From: Myxococcota bacterium
GTDB lineage: Bacteria > Myxococcota_A > SURF-8
Reading direction: 5' to 3'
Assembly: GCA_965140415.1 (NCBI GenBank)
Contig: OZ223209.1
Coordinates: 2,112,001-2,176,000 of the forward strand
Length of the DNA stretch: 64,000 nucleotides
Shown here: piece after piece, positions 10,413-20,719 of the stretch
Position numbering within the stretch: position 1 is the first letter of the stretch
Layout of the letters: the number at the start of each line of letters is the position of its first letter
Position numbers and translations under genes: made by a program
The notes under the pieces: model-generated
The model's database searches: none
Seen by the model: the letters and a program-made list of their open reading frames with translations, nothing else
What the model was told of the DNA's origin: nothing

Positions 10413-11873
10413 ATGAGATTCACCCAGTTAACGGATTTTCCTTTTATTCTCAAGGGAGTAGTCGAGCTTTCGACCGATGGTCTGAAAGTTTTGGACGAAA
10501 AGCGCTTTCGAGGAGAGATCGTCGATGAATTGATTCTTTCTGCGGTATTCGGATCTTCCGAAGACGTGCGCGATGCTGCTCGCTGGATTATATGGGAAGC
10601 CGCTCACGAATTGGGCGCATTTGCCGCTTCGATCAACGACCTGTACTTTGCGCGCGGCCAGGAAAAATACAAAGACGTTTGTGTACCGGCGATCAATATT
10701 CGTGGCTTGACCTACGATACCGCTCGTATGATTTTCCGTGCCGCCGAAGACATGAACGGTGGACCGTTCATTTTCGAAATCGCGAAAAGCGAGATCGGCT
10801 ATACCATGCAGCGTCCGGCAGAATACACCGCTTGTGTATTGGCTGCTGCCATTCGGGAAGGCTACAAGGGACCGGTCTTCATTCAAGGTGACCACTTCCA
10901 GGTCAATTTGAAGAAATATCAGGAGAACCCGGATAAGGAACTGAGCGGAGTCAAGTCCATGATCGATGAGGCTCTGGCTGCCGGATTCTATAACATCGAC
11001 ATCGATACTTCGACGTTGGTGGATCTGGACAAGAAGACAATCAAGGAACAGCAGGAGTTAAATTATACCCTGTCGGCTGAATTGACCGCTTACATTCGCA
11101 AAAACGAGCCGGAAGGCGTGTGTGTATCCGTCGGTGGTGAAATCGGCGAAGTCGGCGGGAAAAACTCGACAGTCGAAGAAATGGAAGCCTATATCGGCGG
11201 ATATCTGGAAACGTTGGCCAACCTCGCTCCTGGTTCGGTTGGGATCAGCAAAATTTCCGTGCAGACTGGTACTTCCCATGGTGGTGTCCCGCTGGCAGAC
11301 GGTTCCATCGCCGAAGTCGCATTGGATTTCAATGTTCTTGAGTCCTTGGCCAAGGTTGGTCGCGATAAATTCAAGATCGGCGGCACCGTGCAGCACGGCG
11401 CCAGCACCTTGCCTGATACCGCTTTCCACAAATTCAAAGAAACTCAGGCCTGCGAAGTTCATTTGGCGACCGGCTTCCAGAATCTGGTTATGGATCACGA
11501 GCAATTTCCGACGGAACTGCGTGAGCGCATCTATGCTTGGTTGACCGTTAACTGTGCAAAGGAACGCAAAGACGGGCAGACGGAAGAGCAGTTCCTGTAT
11601 AAGTCCAGAAAGAAAGGCTTCGGTCCTTATAAATGGGAAACCTGGACGATGCCTGAAGCATCATTGGCTGCGATTCTGGATTCGCTGAAGGAAAAATTCA
11701 CCTTCCTGTTCGACCAGCTTGGAATTCGCGACAGCAAGAAACTTGCGCAGGAGTTCATTAAACCGATACGTATCAGCGGACGGATTCCGCGCGCGTTCAA
11801 GCAGTTGATCGACGATCCGAACAAGTACGGGATGCAGAGCGGTGTGGAGGAAGATGCACCGGGAGCGGATTGA
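10413..11873 (+). CDS. Class II fructose-bisphosphate aldolase family protein
   Basis: VPAINI, FIQGDH, GGEIGEVGG, GTSHGG, VQHGAS metal-binding motifs; AGGAG RBS. Confidence 0.88.
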   Translation: MRFTQLTDFPFILKGVVELSTDGLKVLDEKRFRGEIVDELILSAVFGSSEDVRDAARWIIWEAAHELGAFAASINDLYFARGQEKYKDVCVPAINIRGLTYDTARMIFRAAEDMNGGPFIFEIAKSEIGYTMQRPAEYTACVLAAAIREGYKGPVFIQGDHFQVNLKKYQENPDKELSGVKSMIDEALAAGFYNIDIDTSTLVDLDKKTIKEQQELNYTLSAELTAYIRKNEPEGVCVSVGGEIGEVGGKNSTVEEMEAYIGGYLETLANLAPGSVGISKISVQTGTSHGGVPLADGSIAEVALDFNVLESLAKVGRDKFKIGGTVQHGASTLPDTAFHKFKETQACEVHLATGFQNLVMDHEQFPTELRERIYAWLTVNCAKERKDGQTEEQFLYKSRKKGFGPYKWETWTMPEASLAAILDSLKEKFTFLFDQLGIRDSKKLAQEFIKPIRISGRIPRAFKQLIDDPNKYGMQSGVEEDAPGAD

Positions 11874-11905
11874 TCTTTTAGCTTTGGTTCCAAGTTCGTT
11901 CTATT

Positions 11906-11937
11906 ACGGCCCGCCATTCGGTGGGCCGTTTGTGTTT
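11906..11937 (+). terminator. Intrinsic terminator after the aldolase gene
   Basis: ACGGCCCGCC-ATTC-GGTGGGCCGT hairpin followed by TTGTGTTT. Confidence 0.7.
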
Positions 11938-12021
11938 ATGGAAGTGCAACAACGAAAACGATCGCTCGTCAAAACGGGCGGTCGTGTGAAATTCTCCATT
12001 ATTTCAAAAAGATGGAGCCGG

Positions 12022-12744
12022 TTACTCCTCTTCCTCTTTTTCCGCTTTCTCTTTCGTGTCGTCGCCTTCTTCCACGGGAAGTTGTTCCGAAGAGCGCTGT
12101 AGATACTCGAGCAGTTGCTTCCTGCTTTCCGAAGAAAGATCGAGAAAATGCAGTCCGACTCCGCTGGGAAGACCGAGTTTCTGGGCGGACAGCGGTTGCA
12201 GCATGTGAATGACGCGAGCCTTGGCGATCAGGGGCTCTTCGCTATCCGGCAGGCGCATACTGATGGATACCATTTCTCCGCGATACGGGGGAGGTAGTTC
12301 CGGCATACGGACGAATGCACCGCCAATCGACACGTTTTCCGTGAGCAACGGTCCCGCCTCCGGGTTGGAGATCAGATCGATCGGCAGCCGTAGAGGAATG
12401 CGTTTCTGGTCTTTGCGACGATTACTGTCGTATTTGACCATTTCTACCAGGCGAGCGTGATCGGGGTCCACCGCCATGTGGCGCAGCCCGTAGCGATACA
12501 GTCCTTTGGCGAGCTTGCTGCCGATCGCCGGACGCCACCAGCGAACCTCGGAGAGGTAATGGAAAACCTCTTCTTCCGGGGTGATGATGCGAATGGAAAT
12601 TTCATCTCCCATATTGAGTCGATATTTCGCCCGGATTTCCATACCCTCGTTGGACAAGTTGGTCATGAAGCCATCGACCTTCTGTCCATCGCAGCGAATG
12701 ATCGCAGCGAAGCGCCGGTTCCATCGTTGTGCACGTTCTTTCAT
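12022..12744 (-). CDS. Tandem PilZ-domain protein (putative c-di-GMP receptor)
   Basis: Two RxxxR...NxSxxG motif pairs: ERAQR/NLSNEG and RRKDQKR/NVSIGG; GVGLHF. Confidence 0.85.
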   Translation of the reverse strand: MKERAQRWNRRFAAIIRCDGQKVDGFMTNLSNEGMEIRAKYRLNMGDEISIRIITPEEEVFHYLSEVRWWRPAIGSKLAKGLYRYGLRHMAVDPDHARLVEMVKYDSNRRKDQKRIPLRLPIDLISNPEAGPLLTENVSIGGAFVRMPELPPPYRGEMVSISMRLPDSEEPLIAKARVIHMLQPLSAQKLGLPSGVGLHFLDLSSESRKQLLEYLQRSSEQLPVEEGDDTKEKAEKEEEE

Positions 12745-13030
12745 TGGATAACTCCTTGCGTTTATCTGAATAGTTATTCTAACAGAAGCGCACTTTCCAC
12801 CAAAAGTTTTTTTCTGTGTTGATAAAAAATCAAAGTGAAAACCTGCTAGGAAAAGGGGGGAAAGAAGAGAATACAATCCCTTTCAAGTTGACTTTATGGT
12901 CTCAGGATTGGGGCTCTTGAAGTGGAAATGAGCGCTGGATTTTTTCGATGGAAAAAACTTGCATCCGGCGTAGAGGTATGATAGCTATGCTATCCACGTT
13001 TTCGTGATGCACGAAGTGACAAGTTGAGTT

Positions 13031-13117
13031 GCCGAAGTGGCGGAATTGGTAGACGCGCTAGGTTCAGGGTCTAGTATTCGCAAGGATGTGGGGGTTCGAG
13101 TCCCCCCTTCGGCACCA
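13031..13117 (+). tRNA. tRNA-Leu (anticodon CAG)
   Basis: GCCGAAG/CTTCGGC acceptor stem plus ACCA; D-arm GGCGGAATTGGTAGACGC; anticodon loop TTCAGGG; long variable arm; T-loop TTCGAGT. Confidence 0.96.
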
Positions 13118-13118
13118 T
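13060..13118 (+). repeat. att core, left copy (59 bp, tRNA-Leu 3' portion)
   Basis: AGGTTCAGGG...GGCACCAT identical to 43051-43109. Confidence 0.95.
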
Positions 13119-13128
13119 TGATATCATT

Positions 13129-13156
13129 AGGCTTTCCGGCTTTCGGGAAGCCTTTT
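13129..13156 (+). terminator. Element-supplied terminator downstream of the tRNA
   Basis: AGGCTTTCCG-GCTTT-CGGGAAGCCT hairpin followed by TTT. Confidence 0.75.
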
Positions 13157-13178
13157 GTAGTTTATGAAATCAGCATCC

Positions 13179-13198
13179 TGTGGCAGATTGTGGCAGAT
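13179..13198 (+). repeat. Tandem TGTGGCAGAT x2, putative integrase arm-type sites
   Basis: Related GTGGCAG pairs at 42894-42914 and 44416-44435, each near an att site. Confidence 0.7.
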
Positions 13199-13217
13199 TT
13201 TCGAGCTTCAGTATTTT

Positions 13218-14423
13218 TCATGCGCAAACCTGTAGAGTTAGTAGGGCCAGTTCACGCACAGACGGGTCATCATGGTCAACGAGCTTTTGAGCGAGGTCGG
13301 TAGCCTTTGGGATTAGAGGGTGATGTAAGGGTTGCACCCGAGTTCGTGCATGAACCACAGCTTTAAGATCTGCATAGACATCGATGGTCATCTGAATAGA
13401 TGAATGACCGAGGGCGGCGGATGCAAAGGCCATCCCGTGATTGATTACCCAGTGGGTGCCGCAAATATGTCGGAGGTCATGCAAACCGATTACTGGTAAT
13501 TCTTCTCGTTTGCAGGTTCTTTTAATAGCCTGATGGATGTTCCTTTGGAATGCAGGATAGATGAATTCAGTAGGATCTTTCCTCTCAAACAACTCTTTCA
13601 TCATGTTTAGTGCATCCTCAGGGACATCGGGCATGATTGGAACGATTCGTATACTACCTGCTTTGGGTGGCCCTATGTGTTCCTCAATGCCGTTTGGTCC
13701 ATCGGATATAGATTTGGCCTTGTGAACATCGACTTGCATGACATCGGGGGACAAGTTGATATCCTTGTACTGGAGGGCCATGATTTCACCACGCCTGAGG
13801 CCACAGAATGCGGCTAATAGGGCCGCTGGACGGTTATTGAGGGGTAGGGCATGGATGAGTAGCATAAGCTCATTCTGGGTCAACGTTGGGACGTTTTTCT
13901 TTACTCTCTTGTTTCTGCTATATTTGAAAGGGGACTTTGCTAAAAGCCCTTTCTTCACCGCAGCGTTCAGAATGGTACGGATAAATACAGCAGTATGGTC
14001 CCGTTGAGAAGGGGCATCGATTTCATCCAGTTCGCTTTCAATATCCTCCTGGGTTAATTTGTTTAATGGCGTATTTCGGATGTCATCACTGAATTCCCCC
14101 CAGAAATATTTTTCAATATTCCATGTTGATTTAGCGAGTCTCTTTTTTCTTTCCGGTTTGAGGTGTTCGTACCATGCCTCTAAAGTAATGCTTCGGGTAC
14201 TTACCAATGGATCATTGCTAAGGTGCTTTTCCCTGAGTAGCAAAGCAACTTCGTACGAAAGCTCGATATCCGTGCCTAGGGTTTTCCTAATACGTTTACC
14301 CCGTTTTGACAGGGCAAACTGAAATCTTCCCGAATCAAGACGATACTCAATACGAGCTGGGTTTAAGCGGCGATTCATTTGTTCCAATCGCCGTTGCTTT
14401 GACTTGGGAAGTTCGGATGCCAT
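13218..14423 (-). CDS. int: Tyrosine recombinase (site-specific integrase)
   Basis: Catalytic set intact: GLRRGE (R), PPKAG (K), HDLRH, LGH, DVY. Confidence 0.93.
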   Translation of the reverse strand: MASELPKSKQRRLEQMNRRLNPARIEYRLDSGRFQFALSKRGKRIRKTLGTDIELSYEVALLLREKHLSNDPLVSTRSITLEAWYEHLKPERKKRLAKSTWNIEKYFWGEFSDDIRNTPLNKLTQEDIESELDEIDAPSQRDHTAVFIRTILNAAVKKGLLAKSPFKYSRNKRVKKNVPTLTQNELMLLIHALPLNNRPAALLAAFCGLRRGEIMALQYKDINLSPDVMQVDVHKAKSISDGPNGIEEHIGPPKAGSIRIVPIMPDVPEDALNMMKELFERKDPTEFIYPAFQRNIHQAIKRTCKREELPVIGLHDLRHICGTHWVINHGMAFASAALGHSSIQMTIDVYADLKAVVHARTRVQPLHHPLIPKATDLAQKLVDHDDPSVRELALLTLQVCA

Positions 14424-14435
14424 TACAAAATGTTC

Positions 14436-14675
14436 TTACAGGGGGCGTACTTGTTCACCGCAGAGGACATCAAGTAAGCTTTCGCGAGTTACAAATAGTC
14501 TCCCACCGATTCTTCGAATATCCAGCCCCAATTGACGTTTATAGGAACTGCCATGGTTGTATATATCTTGCCGTGAAATAACTTTACCGGATGCATTTTC
14601 GGCCTGTTTAGGGGTCAATAGCGGTGGGAACTCTTTTAGAATATCCAGCCAGTCAGATTTTAATTTGTCGATCAT
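14436..14675 (-). CDS. Small HTH protein, putative excisionase
   Basis: 79 aa immediately upstream of int; LLTPKQA..., RRIGGRLFVTRESLL wing motif typical of Xis/MerR-like HTH. Confidence 0.65.
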   Translation of the reverse strand: MIDKLKSDWLDILKEFPPLLTPKQAENASGKVISRQDIYNHGSSYKRQLGLDIRRIGGRLFVTRESLLDVLCGEQVRPL

Positions 14676-14967
14676 CGTTTTGCCTTTGAGGAATGTGAAT
14701 AAATATAATTTGGAACAATCATGATAACGTTCCCTTACTTTTTACTTTACCCAGCGAAATCAAACTAAATTCGAAAAAAATGGAAAAACATTACAATCTC
14801 GCAAATTGTTTAACTCATTGAAATTGCTTTAAATTGTTTATACACCAGAGTTGAGGTAATTTAAAGTCATATGTTTTTGCTTTTTGAAAGATCACGCATT
14901 TTTACAGAAACCGGATGTGCCAATTAGATACCTATCATCCACATACAGTAGTAGGAGGTAACGTATT

Positions 14968-15312
14968 ATGCAGACTAATAAACTGGAACTGGAATACAAC
15001 TGCGCCGGTTTGAGCCTAGATAAGACAATGAATACCCTCATCCAGATCATCAAGCGGGACGATCCTAAGGGCAGATTGCATCTTATAGAGATGGTTATTG
15101 CGAAGGTAACAGCGGTTCAGAATCTGGATGTCATACTACTGCCAGAGGATATTCGAGAGCGGGTCCAGCATCTGTTTGACCATATTACGGAAGAGATAGA
15201 ATTCGGGGATTATACAAGATCCGAGGCCCATGAGCTACTCGGCATCGTCACTTCGGCGGTATCGAACCTCATGTCCATCATGGATGAACGGTTAAATGAT
15301 AATCACAGATAA
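14968..15312 (+). CDS. Hypothetical helical protein
   Basis: 114 aa ORF with strong AGGAGG RBS. Confidence 0.6.
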   Translation: MQTNKLELEYNCAGLSLDKTMNTLIQIIKRDDPKGRLHLIEMVIAKVTAVQNLDVILLPEDIRERVQHLFDHITEEIEFGDYTRSEAHELLGIVTSAVSNLMSIMDERLNDNHR

Positions 15313-15974
15313 TCAGCATCGCTATCCAGATCATCCCCATCGCAAGCACCATCAATGCCACTGATACACGCGAATGTTCGTGCTGTAAGATGAGGTGTAG
15401 CCCCCATAATGGACTCTGGCCACGATTCCGAGAATACGTAATCCAATGAAATCAAACCGCATTTAACGAGCCTCTGCACCATGTCCCTACCATCGGACCA
15501 ACTCTCAAGGTTTTTAGGGGTCGTGATAATCGTCAGAATGTCCTCGACGCTCAGGGGCACCATATGCCCTAGGTCGGCCACGGCCCGATTCATCATCAAA
15601 GGTGAGATGCCAGCGATAGTCAACAGGGTTAATAGCATCCGTTCATTACCGGTGAGGGAGTGTATGGATTCTAATTGCTGGATACCCAAATGATGATCGC
15701 CGTAGGTGCTGCGGGTGATGGATAAGCGGCCATCGATGCTGTCCCGAATGTGTTGCTCGGTGGTGATGGCTTTGTCCAATAGCAATTGGAGGTTGTCTGT
15801 CTGGACCTTACGGGATTCTCCGACGATGGTTCGGTTCTCTGTTTGCGCTTCGGGTGAGGTCAGATCCCGAAGACGGATCTGGATATACAACCGGTTGCAG
15901 CGGGCGGTGAGATATTCGACCTCTGCTTGTAAATATTCGAGGTCGCTGTCGAAAGGAATTTTGTTGGTTTTCAT
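15303..15974 (-). CDS. Hypothetical protein
   Basis: ~223 aa ORF, GGAG RBS before MKTNKIPF; co-oriented with and downstream of the primase-helicase. Confidence 0.65.
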   Translation of the reverse strand: MKTNKIPFDSDLEYLQAEVEYLTARCNRLYIQIRLRDLTSPEAQTENRTIVGESRKVQTDNLQLLLDKAITTEQHIRDSIDGRLSITRSTYGDHHLGIQQLESIHSLTGNERMLLTLLTIAGISPLMMNRAVADLGHMVPLSVEDILTIITTPKNLESWSDGRDMVQRLVKCGLISLDYVFSESWPESIMGATPHLTARTFACISGIDGACDGDDLDSDADYL

Positions 15975-16082
15975 GGTAAACTCTCCATGTTTGATCAAGA
16001 AATAGTTGTTTAAATACGTGTACTTAGTGTTATTACACTGGAATCAGGAGAGTTAAAAGAAAAAGTGGCCGGAAAAATTCAT

Positions 16083-19000
16083 TCAACCATCCGTACCGGT
16101 GGTCTTAAGAATTTCAATAATGTTTATCTCGATGTTTTCCTCGTTCTCCACAATGACAGGTGGCGGGCTTTCAAGCGAATCAAAGTGGACCACTCTGTCA
16201 CCTCGTATGACTTTGTTCATTCGTTTACTCCACGTCATCATTTGTTCCCAATGCTCGATGTCCAGGTTGTAAATCATAGGGCGGGCGGTCTTACCATTCA
16301 CCGTGACAGATTTCTGTTCTGAATGAGTTTTTAATCCAAAAAATTGGAAACACTTCCCGAGTACCGCCACCGGGTTGGACTCTAGTTGTTTCATATTGAT
16401 GCCGGTCCCCTGCAAGGCATAAAGTGCATTCGGGACTTTCCCCATGACCCGGTTCACCCGCTCTATGCCGCCACCGGCAACCAGCGAGTGCTTATTCCAT
16501 TGGATTGTTAGGGATGGATGCAAAGGGGCCGGATCAAATATATATAGGATATTATCTCTTGGTACCGCCCCTTTGCAGTTGGGTAATGTATTGTTATCAT
16601 TAGATAATAAGGGTGCAAATAGGCTATCCGCAAATTCTTTACAAAGTAGGGTCTGTATGATCGCTTTTACCAACACCATCCTAAGTGTGTGAGCCTTGGA
16701 ATGCGCTCGATAGCCAGTCAGCATTGTCATCTGATCCTGATAGGTAGCTGCGTCACGTAATCGATCCATCATTAATCCGCATTGAATGATCCGCATGATC
16801 TTTTTGGAAAGATTCCGGTCTTTGTCCATCAGTACCAGATCGGCATCCACTTCTCCGAAAAATCCTAGGATCCTCGCCCGTTCCACTTCCAACTTTTCCT
16901 CCGGTGTTTTCTCTCGTTTGATTTTCAGTTTCCCATACTCATCCAAGGTCAATGGCTCAGCCATTGCAATCGATATGGCATATTCCTTGTCAGTTTGGTT
17001 TCTCAGATCCTGTATTTCTCTGCGGATCCATCGCCGGTTTGCATCCGAGGTAGGTGTTGCTTCGCTTTGTTTCGCCCCCTTTGATTCCCACCACCACTTC
17101 CAAACAGCGGGAACATTATGCCAACCCTTTCGTCTATAAAGTTCAGCCGATATGGAAAATCTGAAATGTGCGCTATCATCTACGTCATAGACAGGTTTCC
17201 CGCCCTTCATTAAAAACCGTCCTGCAAACCTGCTTGTATGATGATGGACGGACAATAATTGTTTTTCAACGTCCTTCAGGTTAAGAGGCTGATAATTACG
17301 AAATCCGGGGCTAATCCAATAGTGAATGGTTTTCATCTCACGGCAACGATGCCGCATCTGTAGCAGGGTACGGACATTCATCCCCGCCACCCTTTCGCCG
17401 ATAAAAAACAGGTGATCGAATCTGTCTGATGGATCCGATGGATCGTAGCTGATACCTGTATCCAACGTGGGTGTATACATCAATAGATCCACCTCTTTCC
17501 AGTGCTCTCCCACATTCGAAAGCATCTTTCGAGTGCTGTCATCCGTCTCTTTATGATAGGCAAGGATGGCTATGGGTCTGCTCTCACCCGAGGTTTTGTC
17601 GGTAATATCGAAAAACCATTTTCTGAAAAACCTCTCTAGACCTTTCAAGTACTCCTTTGAGGTGCAGGCAACGACACAGCGCTCACCGGCATTCAATTTC
17701 TGGATAACCTGATAGACGATATCCTCTTTCTTTTTATATTCGATGCTCTCATGGTCATCGAGGGGGATGCTATGTTGAATTACATCAATGTCCTGATCGG
17801 TAAGACCCGCCATGTCCCGAATCACATTTTCAGTGAAATCCGATGCGAAACCATCCGTAGCAATGATTCTTCCTCCACTCATCACCGAGGCTTTCAGTAA
17901 TAGACTCAAATGATCATATACTTCGCCAGTATTGGCTCTATACCCCCGTGCGCTCTTCGGGATTGTCCCACCGTCCATATGCAACATGACACTTTCAGAT
18001 TCTTCAATGATTACAAGATCAAATCCATTACCAACCCATTGATCATTCTCATATCGGATTGGAGGGATACGTGTGATTGAATCCAGACAGATCACAACAC
18101 GATCCTCGATAATGTCTCCCTCTTGCAAGTCCTGATAGCATACCAATCCAAATTCTTTTGAAAGGGATCGTGCCAGCGATACCCTGTGGACGATAGCGAG
18201 GATTCTTTTATGCTGTGGATTGTCTTGAATCAGCTTCTGCAATTGGTAGGTTTTACCGGTGCCGGTATCAGCGGCAATAATGGTAAACGCTTTCTGCAAA
18301 TTGATGGGGGGCAGATACCGAGAGCATGATGCCAGATGCGAGGACGGGGGAGCCTTGATGGAATATTGATCGGCATCGGATACAAACCAGAATTCTTCAC
18401 AGCTAAAACAATGAATAAAGGGAGAACCATTGGGAGTAAGCCCCAAAGATGCGGATGGCGTGTTCGTATTCATATGAAATGGGCAGAATACGGACAAGGT
18501 GCTCCCCCCCGCTGTCAGACTGGATGCAGCTTGTTCAACAGTGGTGGTTGTCCCATCTGCCAGTCTGACAGGTGTGGAACCGGGGATACTTTCTCCCTTT
18601 GTATTTATTGGGTTACTTCCGGTTTTCTCAGCCTTTACATGTGACGGACTCCTCCTGCTATCATCTAGCAGATCTGCAAGTTCGCGCTGTTCATCATTAA
18701 TAGTAAGGTTCTTCCGTAATGTCTTAGCCAAATCAAGACATTCCATCCCCCGCTCGGTCTCATTGGTTTTTGATGCAACCTTTTCCATTCTCTCCGCTTC
18801 GGATATCGCATCAAAGGCCAGATCAACATCCGTAACGCCCCGTGCGGCAAGGAGAGATTGTAATTTTTGCAGAAATACTTCTGGTGGGTAGGGATGATTT
18901 TGGGCATAAAGGGATGTCTGGATGCGGACTGGACCGGTTTCCTCATGATAGGAATTGTATCCAAGGACACCGGATGTTCTCATCAACCGATCCGGGTTGG

Positions 19001-19646
19001 TAATCCTAGAATCCGAACCGAACACAACCACTAAGTGGCGCTGTATATCATCAAACAGCTTTACGTCATCCTCAACCCCCATATCCAATAGCCGATCTGA
19101 TACAAAGAATCCATGTACGCTCTTTCCCGGTACCACCCGTTCCGGTTGAACCTGAGCCGCCTTTATGGATTCTTCTCGCCTGTCCCCCGAAAGAGTAAGC
19201 AGGGTTGGTAATAAACCCGTGGCAGCTACGAATTCATTGATGGATTGAATTTGGGACTCGATACTTGCATGATCCGCCTCAAAAGGAAAAGCGGACACAT
19301 ACCTTATATGAGACTTGGATAATCCTGCTCGATATTTAATTGCCGTATCACCGACCTCATTATATCGGCTTCTGACATCCAATGGATCGTAGAGGTTGCC
19401 GCAGAAATAGTGTCCGGTCAAACCGGGCAGATGACCGAACCAAAACAGGAGGTCTCCATTCTTGGATATCGCCGAGTTACCTTTTGGATCGGTCCCGAAA
19501 TATTTTATTTTATTCCTCAGATGCCGGTACAGTTCCGTGAATGCGGTCTCTGGTGAGATCGCCCCGAAAATGGGCAGGTTATCAGGATCAATAAGTTTCG
19601 ATTGAGTAATACTTTGGCTATTATTCTGGGTATTATAGATAGACAT
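16083..19646 (-). CDS. Primase-Zn finger-SF2 helicase replication protein (origin-binding/CyRepA1-like helicase)
   Basis: N-terminal FEAD, GKSVH, NPDRLMR primase-like motifs; CPFH...CFSC; ADTGTGKT, VHRVSL, IIEESE, YTPTLDTGIS, QMRHRCR. Confidence 0.8.
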   Translation of the reverse strand: MSIYNTQNNSQSITQSKLIDPDNLPIFGAISPETAFTELYRHLRNKIKYFGTDPKGNSAISKNGDLLFWFGHLPGLTGHYFCGNLYDPLDVRSRYNEVGDTAIKYRAGLSKSHIRYVSAFPFEADHASIESQIQSINEFVAATGLLPTLLTLSGDRREESIKAAQVQPERVVPGKSVHGFFVSDRLLDMGVEDDVKLFDDIQRHLVVVFGSDSRITNPDRLMRTSGVLGYNSYHEETGPVRIQTSLYAQNHPYPPEVFLQKLQSLLAARGVTDVDLAFDAISEAERMEKVASKTNETERGMECLDLAKTLRKNLTINDEQRELADLLDDSRRSPSHVKAEKTGSNPINTKGESIPGSTPVRLADGTTTTVEQAASSLTAGGSTLSVFCPFHMNTNTPSASLGLTPNGSPFIHCFSCEEFWFVSDADQYSIKAPPSSHLASCSRYLPPINLQKAFTIIAADTGTGKTYQLQKLIQDNPQHKRILAIVHRVSLARSLSKEFGLVCYQDLQEGDIIEDRVVICLDSITRIPPIRYENDQWVGNGFDLVIIEESESVMLHMDGGTIPKSARGYRANTGEVYDHLSLLLKASVMSGGRIIATDGFASDFTENVIRDMAGLTDQDIDVIQHSIPLDDHESIEYKKKEDIVYQVIQKLNAGERCVVACTSKEYLKGLERFFRKWFFDITDKTSGESRPIAILAYHKETDDSTRKMLSNVGEHWKEVDLLMYTPTLDTGISYDPSDPSDRFDHLFFIGERVAGMNVRTLLQMRHRCREMKTIHYWISPGFRNYQPLNLKDVEKQLLSVHHHTSRFAGRFLMKGGKPVYDVDDSAHFRFSISAELYRRKGWHNVPAVWKWWWESKGAKQSEATPTSDANRRWIRREIQDLRNQTDKEYAISIAMAEPLTLDEYGKLKIKREKTPEEKLEVERARILGFFGEVDADLVLMDKDRNLSKKIMRIIQCGLMMDRLRDAATYQDQMTMLTGYRAHSKAHTLRMVLVKAIIQTLLCKEFADSLFAPLLSNDNNTLPNCKGAVPRDNILYIFDPAPLHPSLTIQWNKHSLVAGGGIERVNRVMGKVPNALYALQGTGINMKQLESNPVAVLGKCFQFFGLKTHSEQKSVTVNGKTARPMIYNLDIEHWEQMMTWSKRMNKVIRGDRVVHFDSLESPPPVIVENEENIEINIIEILKTTGTDG

Positions 19647-19713
19647 TAGATTTAAGTTTCTCTCTGTAAAGCCCCTGCCTGATATGTGGACATCAGGTGG
19701 GGGCGAATTGCTT

Positions 19714-19947
19714 CTAGTTCATGTTTTTCAAAGCTTCAATAACTGCATCCACCTCGAATCGAATTGTTTTTACGCCGATTCGGATTACTGGAATTCGTCC
19801 CTCGGTGGCCATTTGTAGCACCGTCTTCCTGCTAATCTTTAGCAGTTGCCCCATTACTCTTGCATCCACAAGTTCACAGTGATCAATTCGATCCATCTCG
19901 TTTGCTTCCGTCATGTTCATCTTTGAAACCTCCATATAAAAGTTCAT
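19714..19947 (-). CDS. Excisionase-family HTH DNA-binding protein
   Basis: LLKISRKTVLQMATEGRIPVIRIGVKTIRF; likely start ATG 19920 after GGAGG. Confidence 0.8.
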   Translation of the reverse strand: MNFYMEVSKMNMTEANEMDRIDHCELVDARVMGQLLKISRKTVLQMATEGRIPVIRIGVKTIRFEVDAVIEALKNMN

Positions 19948-20425
19948 AAATCATCCACCATCCATAGAGATGGCGCATACCGAATAGCGGGGATTGGTTA
20001 ATCCAACCCCGCCATTATTAATACCCATAAAATTTAATGAATAACCGAGGTGAGATGCTAAAAAACATCAATCCGGCGAAAAAAACGTGACCAAAAAAAA
20101 CCGAAGCGAAACCGTAAAACCAACCCTAGCACTTCCGCATAATCCGATATTCCATAATGATGACATATAGTTACTGATAGTCTATTAGGGGATGAATGCG
20201 GGCGCTTCGCATCGGTTAGGGATTGGTACCGATTCATAAAGTATTTTCAGAAATATTTTTCATGGGAGGAAAAAGGGTACCAATATAGGTTGCCTCTAGG
20301 GGACTTGCAGTTGGATACACGATCCCGGTGGCCAAGACTTCCCCTATATATATAATGATAGGCTGAAACCATGCAGTCCGATCCACAAACCCCTGTTAGC
20401 CATAGCAAGGGCTCTACCACTCTTT

Positions 20426-20457
20426 AAACCTCAGATTTTGTTTCAAATCTGAGGTTT
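20426..20457. terminator. 13-bp-stem hairpin in the divergent intergenic region
   Basis: AAACCTCAGATTT-TGTTTC-AAATCTGAGGTTT. Confidence 0.55.
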
Positions 20458-20719
20458 TCTTTGCTAGAATTTATTCGTCCATAGCAGACCTGATTCCATC
20501 CCGCCCCGTGGGACTGACGGACTGACTACCCGTGATCGGATGAATCGGAGAGGTTGTGGACAGACAAACAGCCAAGCTCGACGCGCACCCATATGCGCTC
20601 GTGCTAGTCACACGTGCGCCTCTAGGGCGGGGCGCATGGAATGGGCTTGGCTGGTTCTGTGTTGCCCCGTTATTGTTTTATGGGGCACTTACCAATCCAT
20701 TGCTGCCTGGGGTGTCGTC

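Noticed and set aside
13037-13303. 88-aa [14 protein letters not shown]...
   Set aside because: Translation of the tRNA-Leu gene and att region
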